Positions 14,029 to 26,745 of a stretch of 64,000 bases of DNA are shown in pieces; position 1 is the first letter of the stretch; the number at the start of each line of letters is the position of its first letter. The translations under genes and the position numbers were made by a program. The notes under the pieces are model-generated. The model was not told the origin of the DNA and ran no database searches. It worked only from the letters and a program-made list of their open reading frames with translations. This DNA comes from Pecten maximus (lineage: Eukaryota). Where the stretch lies: assembly GCF_902652985.1 (NCBI RefSeq), contig NC_047029.1, forward strand, positions 21,514,001-21,578,000. The letters are read 5' to 3'.

Positions 14029-15401
14029 AAATGTCTTCTGATTCATCGACGACACCCGACATTGAAATATAGGTAAAATCTGGATTTAAATCACATTCTA
14101 TAAATGAGAACTAGAAATAGGATAGTTCCAAATTAGATCAGGATGCCGACCATAAACTTCCTAATGGACTTCATCAACCAACATCTCTCGAAACGTTGTG
14201 TTGTTAAATTGTCCGGCAGTAGTCATATGTCAGGGAACTCATGATAATGGGAACAAGCCCTTGAATGTCGAATCAACTGGGACATGTCAACAGCGTAGGT
14301 AGTGAAAGCAGGTATGTTGCTATCTAGAAATCGAAAATTAATAGACGGGAATTTAAATCAGCACGTTTATATATTTTTATGTACCTGCTGGTTGTTGTTA
14401 AATAATCTATAGTGTTGTTGATTTCAAGTTATACAGTTTATTTCGATCGACATGATCATTTAAGTTTTTGATACTTAAAAATAACACATCGTCAATATTG
14501 TAACAAAGGCACGCATTTTATTTCCATGGTTTCCCAATAGTCTGCATGAAGATCTGGTCACCAAGGAAGCTGAGTCTGGTCAATTACCAAACATAAGTAC
14601 AATGACGATACACGGCTGGTTGAGAATTCCTCGAACCCGAGCCCCACACACTCATTAATAGTCAGCTTTCTCTGAATTTTATTGTTCAAAAGACTCTCAA
14701 GTGAGTAACACATTTTGAAAATAAATTTCATTATAGATCCAGTATATATAATATCTAAAAGAATCCGGTTATAATTTTGATTAATTTTTGCTTCAGACAT
14801 ATTGCTCAATTCTCCAGCTAGCTTAAATCTGAGTAAATGCTAATTGAAAGGTCACGAAGGTAGTATTTGAAGGCATTAGCACATGGCATTGCCGATTTAA
14901 GTTGTTTTACACGACATTCAATTTTAATGACCATCTGGAGAATGGCCTTCAAAATGTCACCGCACTGTTAAACGATTGCATTACCTATAGAAGTATTTGA
15001 TGTGATATCTGAACATGAAAGTAATACTGTCACTATTCATATAACACTAAGGAAGTTGATACTTTTTTCTGGAAAAAATATATATAAATATATGCGCCAA
15101 AATATTAAAAATCATCATGGTTGAAAACAAAGGTTGAAAATAAAGTTAAAAAGAAATATTTTGCTTTTCTTCCTCCACCTTTGAAAGTTCCCATTAACGT
15201 TGACAGTAACCTAATTGACGGATTTAAAATCGATAACGTGAATTTTCGAGTGTGTTATTCCCGCCCTCCTCATCGATGTCGTGGCACAATTGATATATAT
15301 GCCAAATCCTGACCATTGTAAAATTTGTAGATTAACAAAGTCTTGTTAATATATATATATATATATTTGTATATGTTTGTATTTAAAGGGTGTCAATAAT
15401 C

Positions 15402-15691
15402 GTTGTTGATTAGCGGTTTGGTTGTTGTTTGTTGATTAGCGGTTTGGTTGTTGTTTGTTGATTAGCGGTTTGGTTGTTGTTTGTTGATTAGCGATTTGGT
15501 CGTTGTTTGTTGATTAGCGGTTTGGTTGTTGTTTGTTGATTAGCGGTTTGGTTGTTGTTTGTTGATTAGCGGTTTGGTTGTTGTTTGTTGATTAGCGGTT
15601 TGGTTGTTGTTTGTTGATTAGCGGTTTGGTTGTTGTTTGTTGATTAGCGATTTGGTTGTTGTTTGTTGATTAGCGGTGTAGTTGTTGTTTG
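15402..15691. repeat. 26-bp minisatellite, ~11 copies
   Basis: Unit ttgattagcggtttggttgttgtttg, near-identical copies. Confidence 0.95.
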
Positions 15692-15748
15692 TGTCCGTTT
15701 CTTTTCTGTCATTTTGAGATGATTTTACCTATACTTAAAACGAGCGTT

Positions 15749-15950
15749 TGCCTTACTGGTTGGGCCCAAGAACAGTACCTGTTGTCCCTATTTTGTATGA
15801 TTCCAGTGAGGCGACTAAATTTGGAATATCATCGTTTCTGTTCTTTATATTCCATTTTCTTATTCCTAATATCTCTTTTGAAATTGCCTTACAATTGGCT
15901 TTTAGTTTGATCGAGAGAGAAGCCATGCTGTTTGTCTTCGGCAGTATGCT
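15749..15950 (+). mobile_element. Diverged 5' fragment of family C composite retroelement
   Basis: tgccttactggttgggcccaagaacagtacctgttgtccc...gaggcgactaaatttgg, then a pyrimidine tract, then gtcttcggcagtatgcttc. Aligns to the reverse complement of 36899-36740 and ~35380. Confidence 0.7.
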
Positions 15951-17325
15951 TCTGTATCGTGTCGACATCAGTTCCTCACTACCACTACCGTCGATCACCC
16001 TTTCTTGTTTGTTCCAAAAAGCTTTTTCTAAAGCCCGATTTGTGTTACAAGTACAATTTGTTCAATAGAAAAATTTCTTTTTCTTATATGTTTAAGAGGC
16101 TATCATTGATTTTTTTTCTCTTGATGTGCCTGTTAAAGTTTAAACTGGAAGTTTATTTGACGTACCATTACGCACGTCGTCTGCTGTTTGCAAAGACGTC
16201 ATTAAACTGATTTTTACTTACACCCCTCCGCATAGTTCTTAAACAAACCCTCAATGTAGGAGAAGATCCTTTTAATCAACATTTGTTAATTCACGGGAAA
16301 TGTTGACCAAAATTGTTTCGTTGAACGATTTTTTTTGACAATTGTCAAGGACACAAACATGACAGTCATAGTGTCTTTTGACAGTTGTAGTTGTACTGTT
16401 AGAGAAATGTAAGTGATGTCGCGAAATAATGATGATGAATCTAAATAGCTTGCAAATATTACATAGTGTCTTGTGACTGCTGCAGTTGTACATTTTATGC
16501 TACGTGTGTTGTCGGGAAAGAATGTTGATGAATCTAAAGAGCTCTGATACTTTATATAGATTGTATGTTTAAATTCAATGTTATCACTTGCCTCGTGACC
16601 GTACTCTTGTAATTTTTAAGATTTAGTCATTCGAAGCATTCTATTGCACATAATTGTATTCATCGAGAAATTTTTTTCTATTCACAACCTTTTCCGTGTT
16701 TTCGTAGCGTAGTAGTTTGTTAATATAATCGATCAGACTCATGTGTCAACCACATAAAGGATCAATTGTTTGAGAAAAAAATAAATCTTAAGAAAATATA
16801 TACAATCCTTAAACACATTGGACTTTTATCTACAAAGAAAGCGTCTATTTTCATAAACGTTTGTCAGATTTTTGTCTGATTTTAGCTGAACGATTTAAGT
16901 GTTCGATCAAAACTGGCCCGAAAACAACTTGATATGCATATTTCGACAATATCTCTTTCTCAACAGAACCTTGCCATTTAACCAGCAAATCATATTGTAA
17001 AATGACGTCATATGTCGATCGCTCCTGGGCGCACTGAAAGTACAGAAATTATTTCTTCCGGCTAAGATGAAATTATTGATTTTGCGAATATATATTCGAT
17101 TTCTTGCAGTGTTTATTAAACAACATAATAATTAAAATAACTTATTTTTTTTTTTAGTTTGGAACATTGTTCACATATGTTTACTGACGCATTTATAGCG
17201 TTATCACTCTGAAATGCTACATTCGGGCACGCTTGCGTAAAAGTCCGACTGTACCAGTCTTTCCCACTACCTGTATAGCTCAAACACACAACGTTCAACT
17301 ATAAAGCCAAATACAGGAAAGATAC

Positions 17326-17488
17326 TGGTTTGGTTTATTTTGTTTAACGTCCTATTAACAGCTAAGGTCATATACATATTAGGAAGAAACCAGCTGCTTG
17401 AAAAGAAGAGAAAATAGTAGATCCCAAAAATCGTGTCTGCTCTCACGGGTTATGCAATGGAAAACAGGTAAAATTGTTTACATCCTTT
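17326..17488 (-). mobile_element. Internally deleted family C copy (5' leader fused to 3' tail)
   Basis: Tail ggtttggtttattttgtttaacgtcctattaacagctaaggtcat directly followed by the leader region ttaggaagaa...gatcccaaaaat...atgcaatgg..caggta. Confidence 0.7.
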
Positions 17489-18084
17489 GAACAATAACGT
17501 TTGTTTCAAGTGAGCTGCGATTCTTTAATAATCAAATGTTTTAAATATTTGAATTTGTAATTAAATTTCTAATATATAGTTATACCTTCTGATGAAGAAT
17601 ATTTTTGAAGATGACACAATTAATGGAACTTCCGTACTGTGTAACTTTTATATCTACAACATAATATGAATCAACGTAAAAGGTGTACGCCGAGTTACCT
17701 CCCTTATGAAGAAATGATAGAAATACTAATTTGCAACATCGGCCTACTGCAGGAATGCTTTTGTTTCGAATTCCAAACCTGTACTTTTTTGTTGAGTATT
17801 CGACTCCTTTGATGTATTTATGTATCGATTGTTTCATTCATTTGTCATATTTTGTATCATATATCAAGTAATTATACAGTATTGTCTCGGTGGAAAATAG
17901 CACTACAACATTTGGTTACTACGCCTGCTTGGTATGTTGATAATCAAGCCTGTGTTTTGTACCAATTTGTACCGCTATATCCTCTCGCTGTTATACACTA
18001 ACATAGTGAACAATCCTACAAGTGATAACAATGTATTGTCATTCATGAAAACAATTATGAATCGAAATATCTCACCAGACTTAC

Positions 18085-18124
18085 CGATGGCAGCGAAGGT
18101 AGATATCCACGTTCTAGTCCTCAT
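18085..18124 (-). CDS. Candidate first coding exon (MRTRTWISTFAAI, phase 1)
   Basis: ATG at 18124 and consensus donor atcg|gtaagt. Splicing to 6742 gives the 76-aa MRTRTWISTFAAIGLWTWLITSSPKG...VLL* with a hydrophobic N-terminus. Confidence 0.25.
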
Positions 18125-19808
18125 GAGATAAAACTTGCGTATTAAGCTGACCTCCTCTCATATCAAATACGTGTTTTCACTATTTGTTCCAGGGCACTTG
18201 ACTTTCGGACGTAATGATACACTGTGTACTGTTTGCGTTAAAGATTTTGAAGTTTGTATAAAGCGTTCATAAACCAAGTAAGCTTCAGCGTATAAACATT
18301 CATATATAGCTATCAAATTTAACTCAACTAAATCCACGTGGATCGCTTTCCCAGTCGTGAAATAAAAAGAAAACTTCCATATGCAGTATCAATACAAGAT
18401 ATTGACGATTGTTTCACAATATTATGATAAAAGATTTCTTGTGTAAACAGTAACAGCACGAACACAAGGTCGGTGTATTATTCCACTCATTATACTCCTC
18501 ACTCTTGTGTATATCGCTGCCTAGGCGAGTATCGCGTACCGATAGCTTGCTAATTGAAATCATAATAAGAGTCAACGATTGCTTACGGCCAGGCATTTTA
18601 AAGCTATTACGCGTTTAGGATATGGCGTTATTTGAACGATAACATGTCCGATTGGCGCTTTATGAGAGACCAAAACTCGAGTAGGTAAATCGTTAGCGAG
18701 CGATGGAGCAGAAAATTCCCTTATCAATGCATATGCATACCACTGCTATTTTTACCTTGTTATAAGACGTACTTTGTAAAACAATGTATTCATTATCGTG
18801 ATTTCGGTCAGATGGGTCAAGGAAGGGCAGTATCGAAATGTGAGTCAAGAAAATCGAGAGGAAATTAACGCGGCATTATTTACATTGATCAACTAGATGA
18901 GTCAAAGGAGGGTTGTATAAAAGGTGATTCGGGAAAAGAGGGAATAAGATTTGGGAATAATTAATATCATGTAAAAGAAGATAGATGTTGCTAGGCAACA
19001 AAAGTATATGTAACATTTGGGGAATATAGGTTGAGAACTGCTACAGGTATGTTGTCCATTTCCAATTGAATGGCAGTGAGGTAATACCATATTTTGGCAT
19101 ATAATGAAACTGGTCGAGGAAAAGAGAAAATCAAAGACATGGAATTAATGTATTATGTATGTCATAGACGAGTTCACTAAAAGTGTATATATGTATATAT
19201 CGAGGGAATGCGAATAGGATAGACACATACGCTAATATATATATATACAGTACAGTTATGGGCATGTACTAGAAAAGCTTAAATAGTCAAATGGATCAGT
19301 AACGGCGCTATTGGACAGGTACATCCGTGGATTAATGGAAGACTTGAATTGAAGAGACCTATTTTGTTTTTAAGTGCTACTTAATGGTAGTTGTAAAGAG
19401 AAATTTATGCTAAAATAAGTGTTCATTCAGATACGATTTGTAACCATATCTTTAAAAATTAGTTTCAACCATTATATAAAGGTTGTAATTCATTACATAG
19501 AAGCGAACAAGAAGTTTTATTTTTATTTTATTGAGGAGACCAGACTTCACAGAGTAAACAAACGTGATCTGACAGGTGACCCTAATACCTGTATGTGGAA
19601 TAGTTATCAATCGATATACATATTAATATGTACTGATTAATCAACATCATATCAACTGGAATCGTAAATTGATTTACACCATTGACTTAATTAAGCCCTT
19701 ACTCTTGAGCTACATTAGTATTTAGTTTTTATTCGTGTGATTAGCTGCAGTGACGCACATTTTACTTTTCATTCATTTTGTAGAATGTTTTTGTAACTAG
19801 CAATATTA

Positions 19809-20482
19809 GGTGGTCGGTTGGCACAGAGTGATCACACTTGCCTTTAACCAAGGCGGCCGATGTTCTATCCCTCGATCGGATGTGAAAAGATATAGGATCA
19901 CCTGTCAGACCACGTGGGTTTCCCCCGGGTACTCCGGTTCCCTCCTAAGTAAAACCCCTCGCGTGTTTCCATCCGGACCGACAAGCCAATCTAATTAAAA
20001 TCTAGATGGTCATTCTCACTACGCTATGCTACATGAACATCTAACAACATCCCATAAGGGGTCACGTCAGGGTGACCGTTTGGATTAGCCAATCAAATGA
20101 CTACTTCCAGAATCTTGGAAGTGAATTTTAGATGTCCGAATTAGCATGACTAGAGTGCTTAGCTTGTATAATCTGTCAATTTGTTTCAAGTTATTTCGTC
20201 CAAAAAGCATATAGCTATATAACGTACCGAAACGGTTTGCTTCAGATGCATGCTGTGACGAAATGGTTTGCTTCGATGACATGGACAAATTGCCAATTCG
20301 CACAGAAAGTGAAATACACACATCTCAGAGGGTCACCCTGACGTGACCCCTTATGGGATGTTGTTAGATGTTCATGTAACGTAGTGAGAATGACCATCTA
20401 GATTTTAATTAGATTGCCGACAAGCTTGATTAAAATAAGCTGATATAAAGTGTTTCCCAGTTGTTGTAAAATAAATAAAGTT
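19809..20482 (+). mobile_element. V-domain SINE (family A) interrupted by MITE
   Basis: Head and V domain at 19809-19986. The tail resumes after the MITE at 20426 (ttgattaaaataagctgatata...gttgtaaaataaataaagtt). Confidence 0.85.
19987..20416. mobile_element. Long-TIR MITE, Mutator-like, copy 1
   Basis: ~86-90-bp TIRs caatctaattaaaatctagatggtc.../...gaccatctagattttaattagattg. Perfect 9-bp TSD ccgacaagc (19978-19986, 20417-20425). A 9-bp TSD with long TIRs is typical of MULEs. Confidence 0.92.
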
Positions 20483-22416
20483 GATAATTAGCATTATAAA
20501 CGGATAACGAAACGGAATGTTCTACACAGGCAAACATGCACGAGCATACCACATCCTCGTAAACACACATACCCAAAGACTTCATGTATGCAACTTGTAC
20601 ACAGGGGATGCCATCCTTAATCATAGCTTTTGATAGGAAAGTAAACGGTTCAGAACCTGACCCAAACACACAATACATAAGAAGCAGGATATACGGAACA
20701 CTTAAATATGCACTAATTACACCCGACATCCGTAACAAGAGAATTCAAACTCGAAATCAATACAACAAAGGAAGTATATATGTTTAGAAAAAAGTTTAAG
20801 CAGATACTTGGTAAAATACAGAAGAAAATACATTTGGGAGTTTGAAGCAGCAAGTAGATACTTATGTGTATACAAAACCGTAATTATCATTCAAAGTCGA
20901 TACAACAAAATATATATAAAAAAAAATTGCTTACGCAGAGAGGTTTTACACTGGAAGAGCAATATATTGTGCCATGAATACTACATGATACTGATCCGCA
21001 AAAAAGATCTAAAATCAAACAAACAAATGTCTTATTATTGCAACACTTTGCAAGCGACACGGCGTATTCAACACTGTATGATATTACATAACAGATAATA
21101 GATATAAAAAAGTATATAGCGACTTGTGAACGAAACCATAATGCTACATTGTAGTAGTAAGATATCAAACAAACGAAGATACAATTTACACAAGATATGA
21201 ATTAACACGGACTCATTTTTAAAAATTACAAGGATTACCAGACCAGATATTTTAGAAGGACAAGCGTCTTTGTTTACAGTTTCAAACACCTCTTCAGAAA
21301 ACATTATGCTTTAAATGAAGTAATAGAAAATGTAGTTAGTTTACATGGTACACTGCAGTCATTTTTAGTATTAGTATTAGTCAAGTGTCAATGTATTTAT
21401 GTCACAAAACATAATCTTCTAGAAGACTGAGGGAGGAGAAGTTGGATTCGACGTTTCTCACGGAGAACTAATGACTTAACAGTACAAATCCTGTCTTTCT
21501 TGTTTCTTTTAAGTAGCTTCTGAAGCTAATTTGTTTTGCATAATATCATGTTTCCAACAACATCGCTACTTAAGAAGAATTTCCCAGAATATATCTTTAT
21601 GTCGTTGAATTGACGTTTATTCTGCCGACATTAAACTAATTTGATCATGCAGTTTGTGGATGTATTTTGGAACAGTACATTGGTTGATTACACTTGAAGA
21701 TGTAAATGGAAAGCCATTCCAAATTTAAACGGAAAAGCAGGTTGTCACCACACAATTTGAAACAAGATTGCAATATGTGAAAAAAATATTTAAAGTACAT
21801 ACACAAATTAAAGAATATCTTTCCAACTGATACAGATTTGGAAAAAACAAGAGCAAAAATTAACAAATTGCGTCATTATTACAAATTGCGTGTTGACAGA
21901 TCATGATAATATCAGGATAGGTCACGAACAACAAAGGTGGAACATTGATATTAACATGAAGCGTCAGTAGTGTCATTGACATTATATCTCAACACAATAC
22001 TCGTACAACCGAGGACATTATCGATGATATCTTCTCCTCGGGGTCCTCATGTTATTCATTAAGTAATTGTTTAAATTTAAAGCAAAATGTGTCAATCTTT
22101 GTTGACAAAGGTCATCAGTCCATTATTTATTGTCATATTTAGCATAAAAAACAACATGATTATATTGTAAGATTCATCAATACAAACTGGAACATATCAA
22201 ACATGTCAGACTATTTCTGTCATACCTTTTTTGTTGAGAATCAATGGTAACAATTGATGGGATGTTTAAATGTAAATGAAAAGCAGGCTAGGTTAGTGCT
22301 ATTGCATATACAATGTACACATCGAGGCAAAGGTTAATACTGCTATCCCTTTATCTTATGAAGTAGATCAGTTATATCGCACACAAAACAAACCATATGG
22401 ACATGGTAAATGTCCA

Positions 22417-22841
22417 CAATCTAATTAAAATCTAGATGGTCATTCTCACTACGGTACATGAACATCTAACAACATCCCATAAGGGGTCACGTCAGGGTGA
22501 CCTTTTAGATTAGCCAATCAAATGACTACTTCCAGAATCTTGGAAGTGAATTTTAGATGTCCGAATTAGCATGACTAGAGTGCTTAGCTTGTATAATCTG
22601 TCAATTTGTTTCAAGTCATTTCGTCCCAGAAAGCATATTGCTATATAACGTGCCGAAACGGTTTACTTCAGATGCATGCTGTGACGAAATGGTTTGCTTC
22701 GATGACATCGACAAATTGCCAATTCGCACAGAAAGGGAAATACACACATCTCAGAGGTCACCATGACGTGACCCCTTATGGGATGTTGTTAGATGTTCAT
22801 GTAACGTAGTGAGAATGATCATCTAGATTTTAATTAGATTG
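22417..22841. mobile_element. Long-TIR MITE, Mutator-like, copy 2
   Basis: Near-identical to 19987-20416 and in the same orientation. Perfect 9-bp TSD aaatgtcca (22408-22416, 22842-22850). Confidence 0.92.
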
Positions 22842-23424
22842 AAATGTCCAAAGCCTATCGTGGCAGAGGTTAACTAGTATCAAAACAAAGCGGGTTTCTC
22901 GTTGTTAACAGTTGTTTATTTAACAGATATATCTTTTTAAGTTTGATTTTGGATTGTTGTATAACCCATCACATTCTGATAGATTTAATTAATTTACCGT
23001 ATATGATAACGCATAAGATGATATCAAAATACTTAAATCCGCATCTGAAAATTAAAACTATGACACTATACATTCGATTCTTAAATTTTCACCGGAAATA
23101 TGTTTTACCGATTCCTGAGGCAATTTTAATGTTACTTTTGGAAACCGATACCAGACGCTCTCGTTATCCGTTTCCGACTCAGATTTTAGACATCATTAAG
23201 TAAACCTTATTACACATACCACCGACTACCTATAAAACAACCCGGATGTAATGTCTCCGGTGTTAAGGTGTTTATTGCAACATCATGATGGGAACTAGAC
23301 TTTTCCCGTATTGGTATAGTAAAGCATTAAAGAAAAAAAAACCTACCTGACACAATAATGTTCACATTTCTGATCAGTTATTTTATTTCGTAGCTTCTTC
23401 AAACGTTTACCATGGATACATTTC

Positions 23425-24030
23425 TGGTTTGGTTGGGTTCTGTACTATTCGTTTTAAGGATAGGCTCTCTAATATGCGAGTTACATGCGATGCATGTGTT
23501 TGTGTGTATTTGGAGACTGCAGTATGTTGTTGGTGTTTGTCTCCTTTTAATAAAAAGTGTTTGGTTATGTATCCTTTAACGTCCCATCAACAGCTAAGGT
23601 CATTTATGACGGATTCCACTTTTTTACGAGAAACATGAGCGTGGTGAATGTGTGTGAGTTTTGGGAGGCTGTGGTGTGTTTGTGTTTTCTCCTCTCTATA
23701 GAACAGACATTACTCCGACCTTATAGTGCTACCTCAATGAATCAGTCTGCCGAAGACACCCATTATGACAAACCACCCGGTCACGTAATACTGAATGGGC
23801 CAATCAATAGTCCCATTCCAAACATTCTTAGCGTTAACAGTAGAAGAAGTGTGCTATGGGTTATGGTATGTCTCGGCAAAAATACAAAGCTTAAAAACTT
23901 CCTCGACTGGCTAACATTCAACTAATGGCCAAACGGGAGGCAGTGTTTAAGGAGACGTTAGGAATAGAAAGAAGAGAACACATATATACGAATCGTGCAA
24001 TGTGGGAAACAGGTACAATTCTTACATCCT
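23425..24030 (-). mobile_element. Diverged family C element with duplicated 3' portion
   Basis: Two tail segments (~23425 and ~23560), then ttatagtgctacctcaatgaa..ctgccgaagacacc...ggtcacgtaatactga...ggagacgttaggaa...caggtacaattcttac, colinear with 46495-46990. Confidence 0.8.
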
Positions 24031-25495
24031 TTCTATTCATCCTATCGTATTTATACGAATCAGTATACAATAATAGAAAAGGGGCTTGGACATGGCCTAT
24101 CATACGCTAGCATAGATTATACATAAATCGTAAGGCTATCATTTCTACTAGTCTTCCACATGGTCGATTCCAAGCAAACTGAAACATGGAAGGACGAAAT
24201 ATTGCCGTTGTAGTAGTATAACAATCATGTCGTTGAATTAATTAAATTTGATAAAATAGTCATGTACCAGTTCATTTATTTCCTCGTTGTTATCCACAAT
24301 AACAGTACATTTGTATATGTTACTAAAGGTATTCTTCTTTTATAGTTCTTTATAAAATAAACAATAAAGAAAAACTATGAAATATTAAAATTGTCTTGTG
24401 CGACTGGAAGTCAAAAGTGTTCTACATTAAACATGTTTAGTGGTTTCGTTGTCATTATCATAGTTCTCGTTTTTAAATATGACTTAACCTGCATTAGTTC
24501 TAAATGATTGAATTTGAATGGCGGGTATCGTCAATGGAACAGACAAAGCTTGCTCTGCCAGAACACCTGGTATTTTTCCTATTGTACTTTTTTTAAATCT
24601 AGATTTCATTTTTCAAATTTTACTCCGTTTTATCAATTTTGGTTTAGAATTACAATTATAACTATATTATTAAGTAGGTATTATCAGGTTTTTATGTTAT
24701 ACAACGCTGTGTTGATAAGTGAATAATAACAGGGAATATCGGAACAATCGATACACATTAGCCAGAAGACACTAATTGTGTGATAAAGAAGTACCATTAA
24801 TTAAAGACAATAGCGAAACAGGATACAATCTAACAGACAAGAGTTGGTAGACGCTATAAAGTAATAAAACCGTCCGTTACGATAGAGGAGGAAGATACAT
24901 AGCTAGACTATCTACTTAATGAGGTCCAGCGTTTTGTTATTGTGGCGATAAAAACTCCTTACCCGAACCCACCTGTTCATCCAGTATTCAAGGGATTGTT
25001 ATGTACCTAATTAATACGAAAAATTATCCATTGATTGTACGAAAGGAAAATGTTAAAAGCTAAATGAAAGACTGAGTTATAAGCATTACTGATATATTTT
25101 TGTGTATGTTAATGGAGAGGGGGAAGAGGTTAACCATTAAATGATTTAAGTTCCAATGATTCTTAACTTTGTAGATATGTATATAATACTCAACCGGACC
25201 TCTGGAACAAGTGAGGCGTTATGTTTTAATTGCCTTAAAACAAGGCAATGTCACAAAATACCAGTCATTAAATTATTAGTCTGGATAAACTGCAAATACT
25301 TTAACAGTCACAACAACAAAAGCCTTGGTATACAACGCATGCATTGCCACGTTAATCTGCCATCACTGATAATAAGGCACATAGAATTATTGCGACATGT
25401 GTTTCGTCGTTAATTGTTGCATGTGGTATTGATAATTATATGTTGTCTTCACGGCATGTACTGTATTATTTACCCATTCATTCGTACTATGTGTA

Positions 25496-25712
25496 GAGGT
25501 CGCGGTGGCCGAGTGGTTAAGGTGTCCCGACACTTTATCACTAGCCCTCCACCTCTGTGTTGCGAGTTCGAAACCTACGTGGGGCAGTTGCCTTGTACTG
25601 ACTGTAGGCCGGTGGTTTTTCTCCGGGTACCCCGACTTTCCTACACCTCAAAATCCTGGCACGTCCTTAAAATATCTTGGCTGTTAATATAACGTTAAGC
25701 AAAAACAAACCA
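25496..25712 (+). mobile_element. tRNA-derived SINE (family B)
   Basis: cgcggtggccgagtggttaagg...gttcgaaacc...ttctccgggtac...cgtccttaaa...gctgttaatataacgttaagcaaaaacaaacc. Confidence 0.9.
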
Positions 25713-26534
25713 ATTATAACCTCGATACTTTATCTGGTTTATCTCGGTACCTTAAAGTCTACTACAATTTCGAAACCACATTCCAAAAATCATATATCGC
25801 TATTGATGATTTCAATTGAGCCGTTGCATTAGAAAGACATTTTTATACTATGAAAAGTGGTAGAGATTATGGATTATCCCTTGGTCTATAGTTGTAAAAG
25901 TTGGATATATTAATAAAGAAGACGCTTACGCTTCCGGAATATCTGGTCATGTTGTTTATGCACTTTCCAAAAGTTTCTGTGTAAAATATATTTTGTCCAT
26001 ATTCCCTCATATAATCTTTATAGGGATCAAATCAGTGTTTTCTTTGAACGTCTTCATTATCTTGCTGTTTTGCTTTCCTGTTTTTGTAGTTTTTATTGAG
26101 AAATGGAAACATTAAAAAAAAAATCAGATATTAAAACAATAAATAATTATAAATATTTTCATTATTCAGTATATAAAACTATAAATACCTGTGGATAAAC
26201 TCGGGTCTGTTCTCATATGTTGTGTGTAGTATAAAACAGAAACAGGTCGTAAATGTCAGGATCAGCCGATAAAACATCAACAGATCTTATTCCTTCGGAA
26301 AAGAGTTTATCTACAAAGGCGTCAAGATCATGGCGTCATGGTGAGTTCCTGTTACATAATTTGTAAAAGATGATAATGCCACAATTATTTCGACGATAAG
26401 AGATAATCACTAGAGTATTGTTTTATTATCAGCGAGTTAAAAAATGAGATAAGAATTGCACAATGTTATATTTTATTAATGGTGTGAAACAATACAAACA
26501 TTTGATACAGCTCCAGATACTTCCCTTGACTGAA

Positions 26535-26745
26535 GGGACAATGCATTAAAAATACAAACCTTCACACAGAGCAATGCTACGGTTTTAACAGACAAAAATG
26601 AGAAAAGTCAGCATCAGTTCAGCGCAGCCACAGCCTCTCAAAGCACACACATTCACCGCACGCATACATCTTGCACACAGTGGAGAGCATCCTTAAATGG
26701 CTATTTCTGTTGGAAATGCATTCAACATACAAATAAACAAACCAA
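26535..26745 (+). mobile_element. Degenerate 3' part of family C
   Basis: gcagccacagcctctcaaagcacacacattcaccgcacgcatacat...catccttaaatggctatttctgtt...caaataaacaaacc matches the family C 3' half. Confidence 0.6.

Noticed and set aside
14558-14809. Possible LINE RT remnant (YLCLVIDQ..PW)
   Set aside because: Only one weak motif, insufficient without a homology search.
20808-21098. Possible LINE C-terminal remnant
   Set aside because: Similarity is too vague to support a call.
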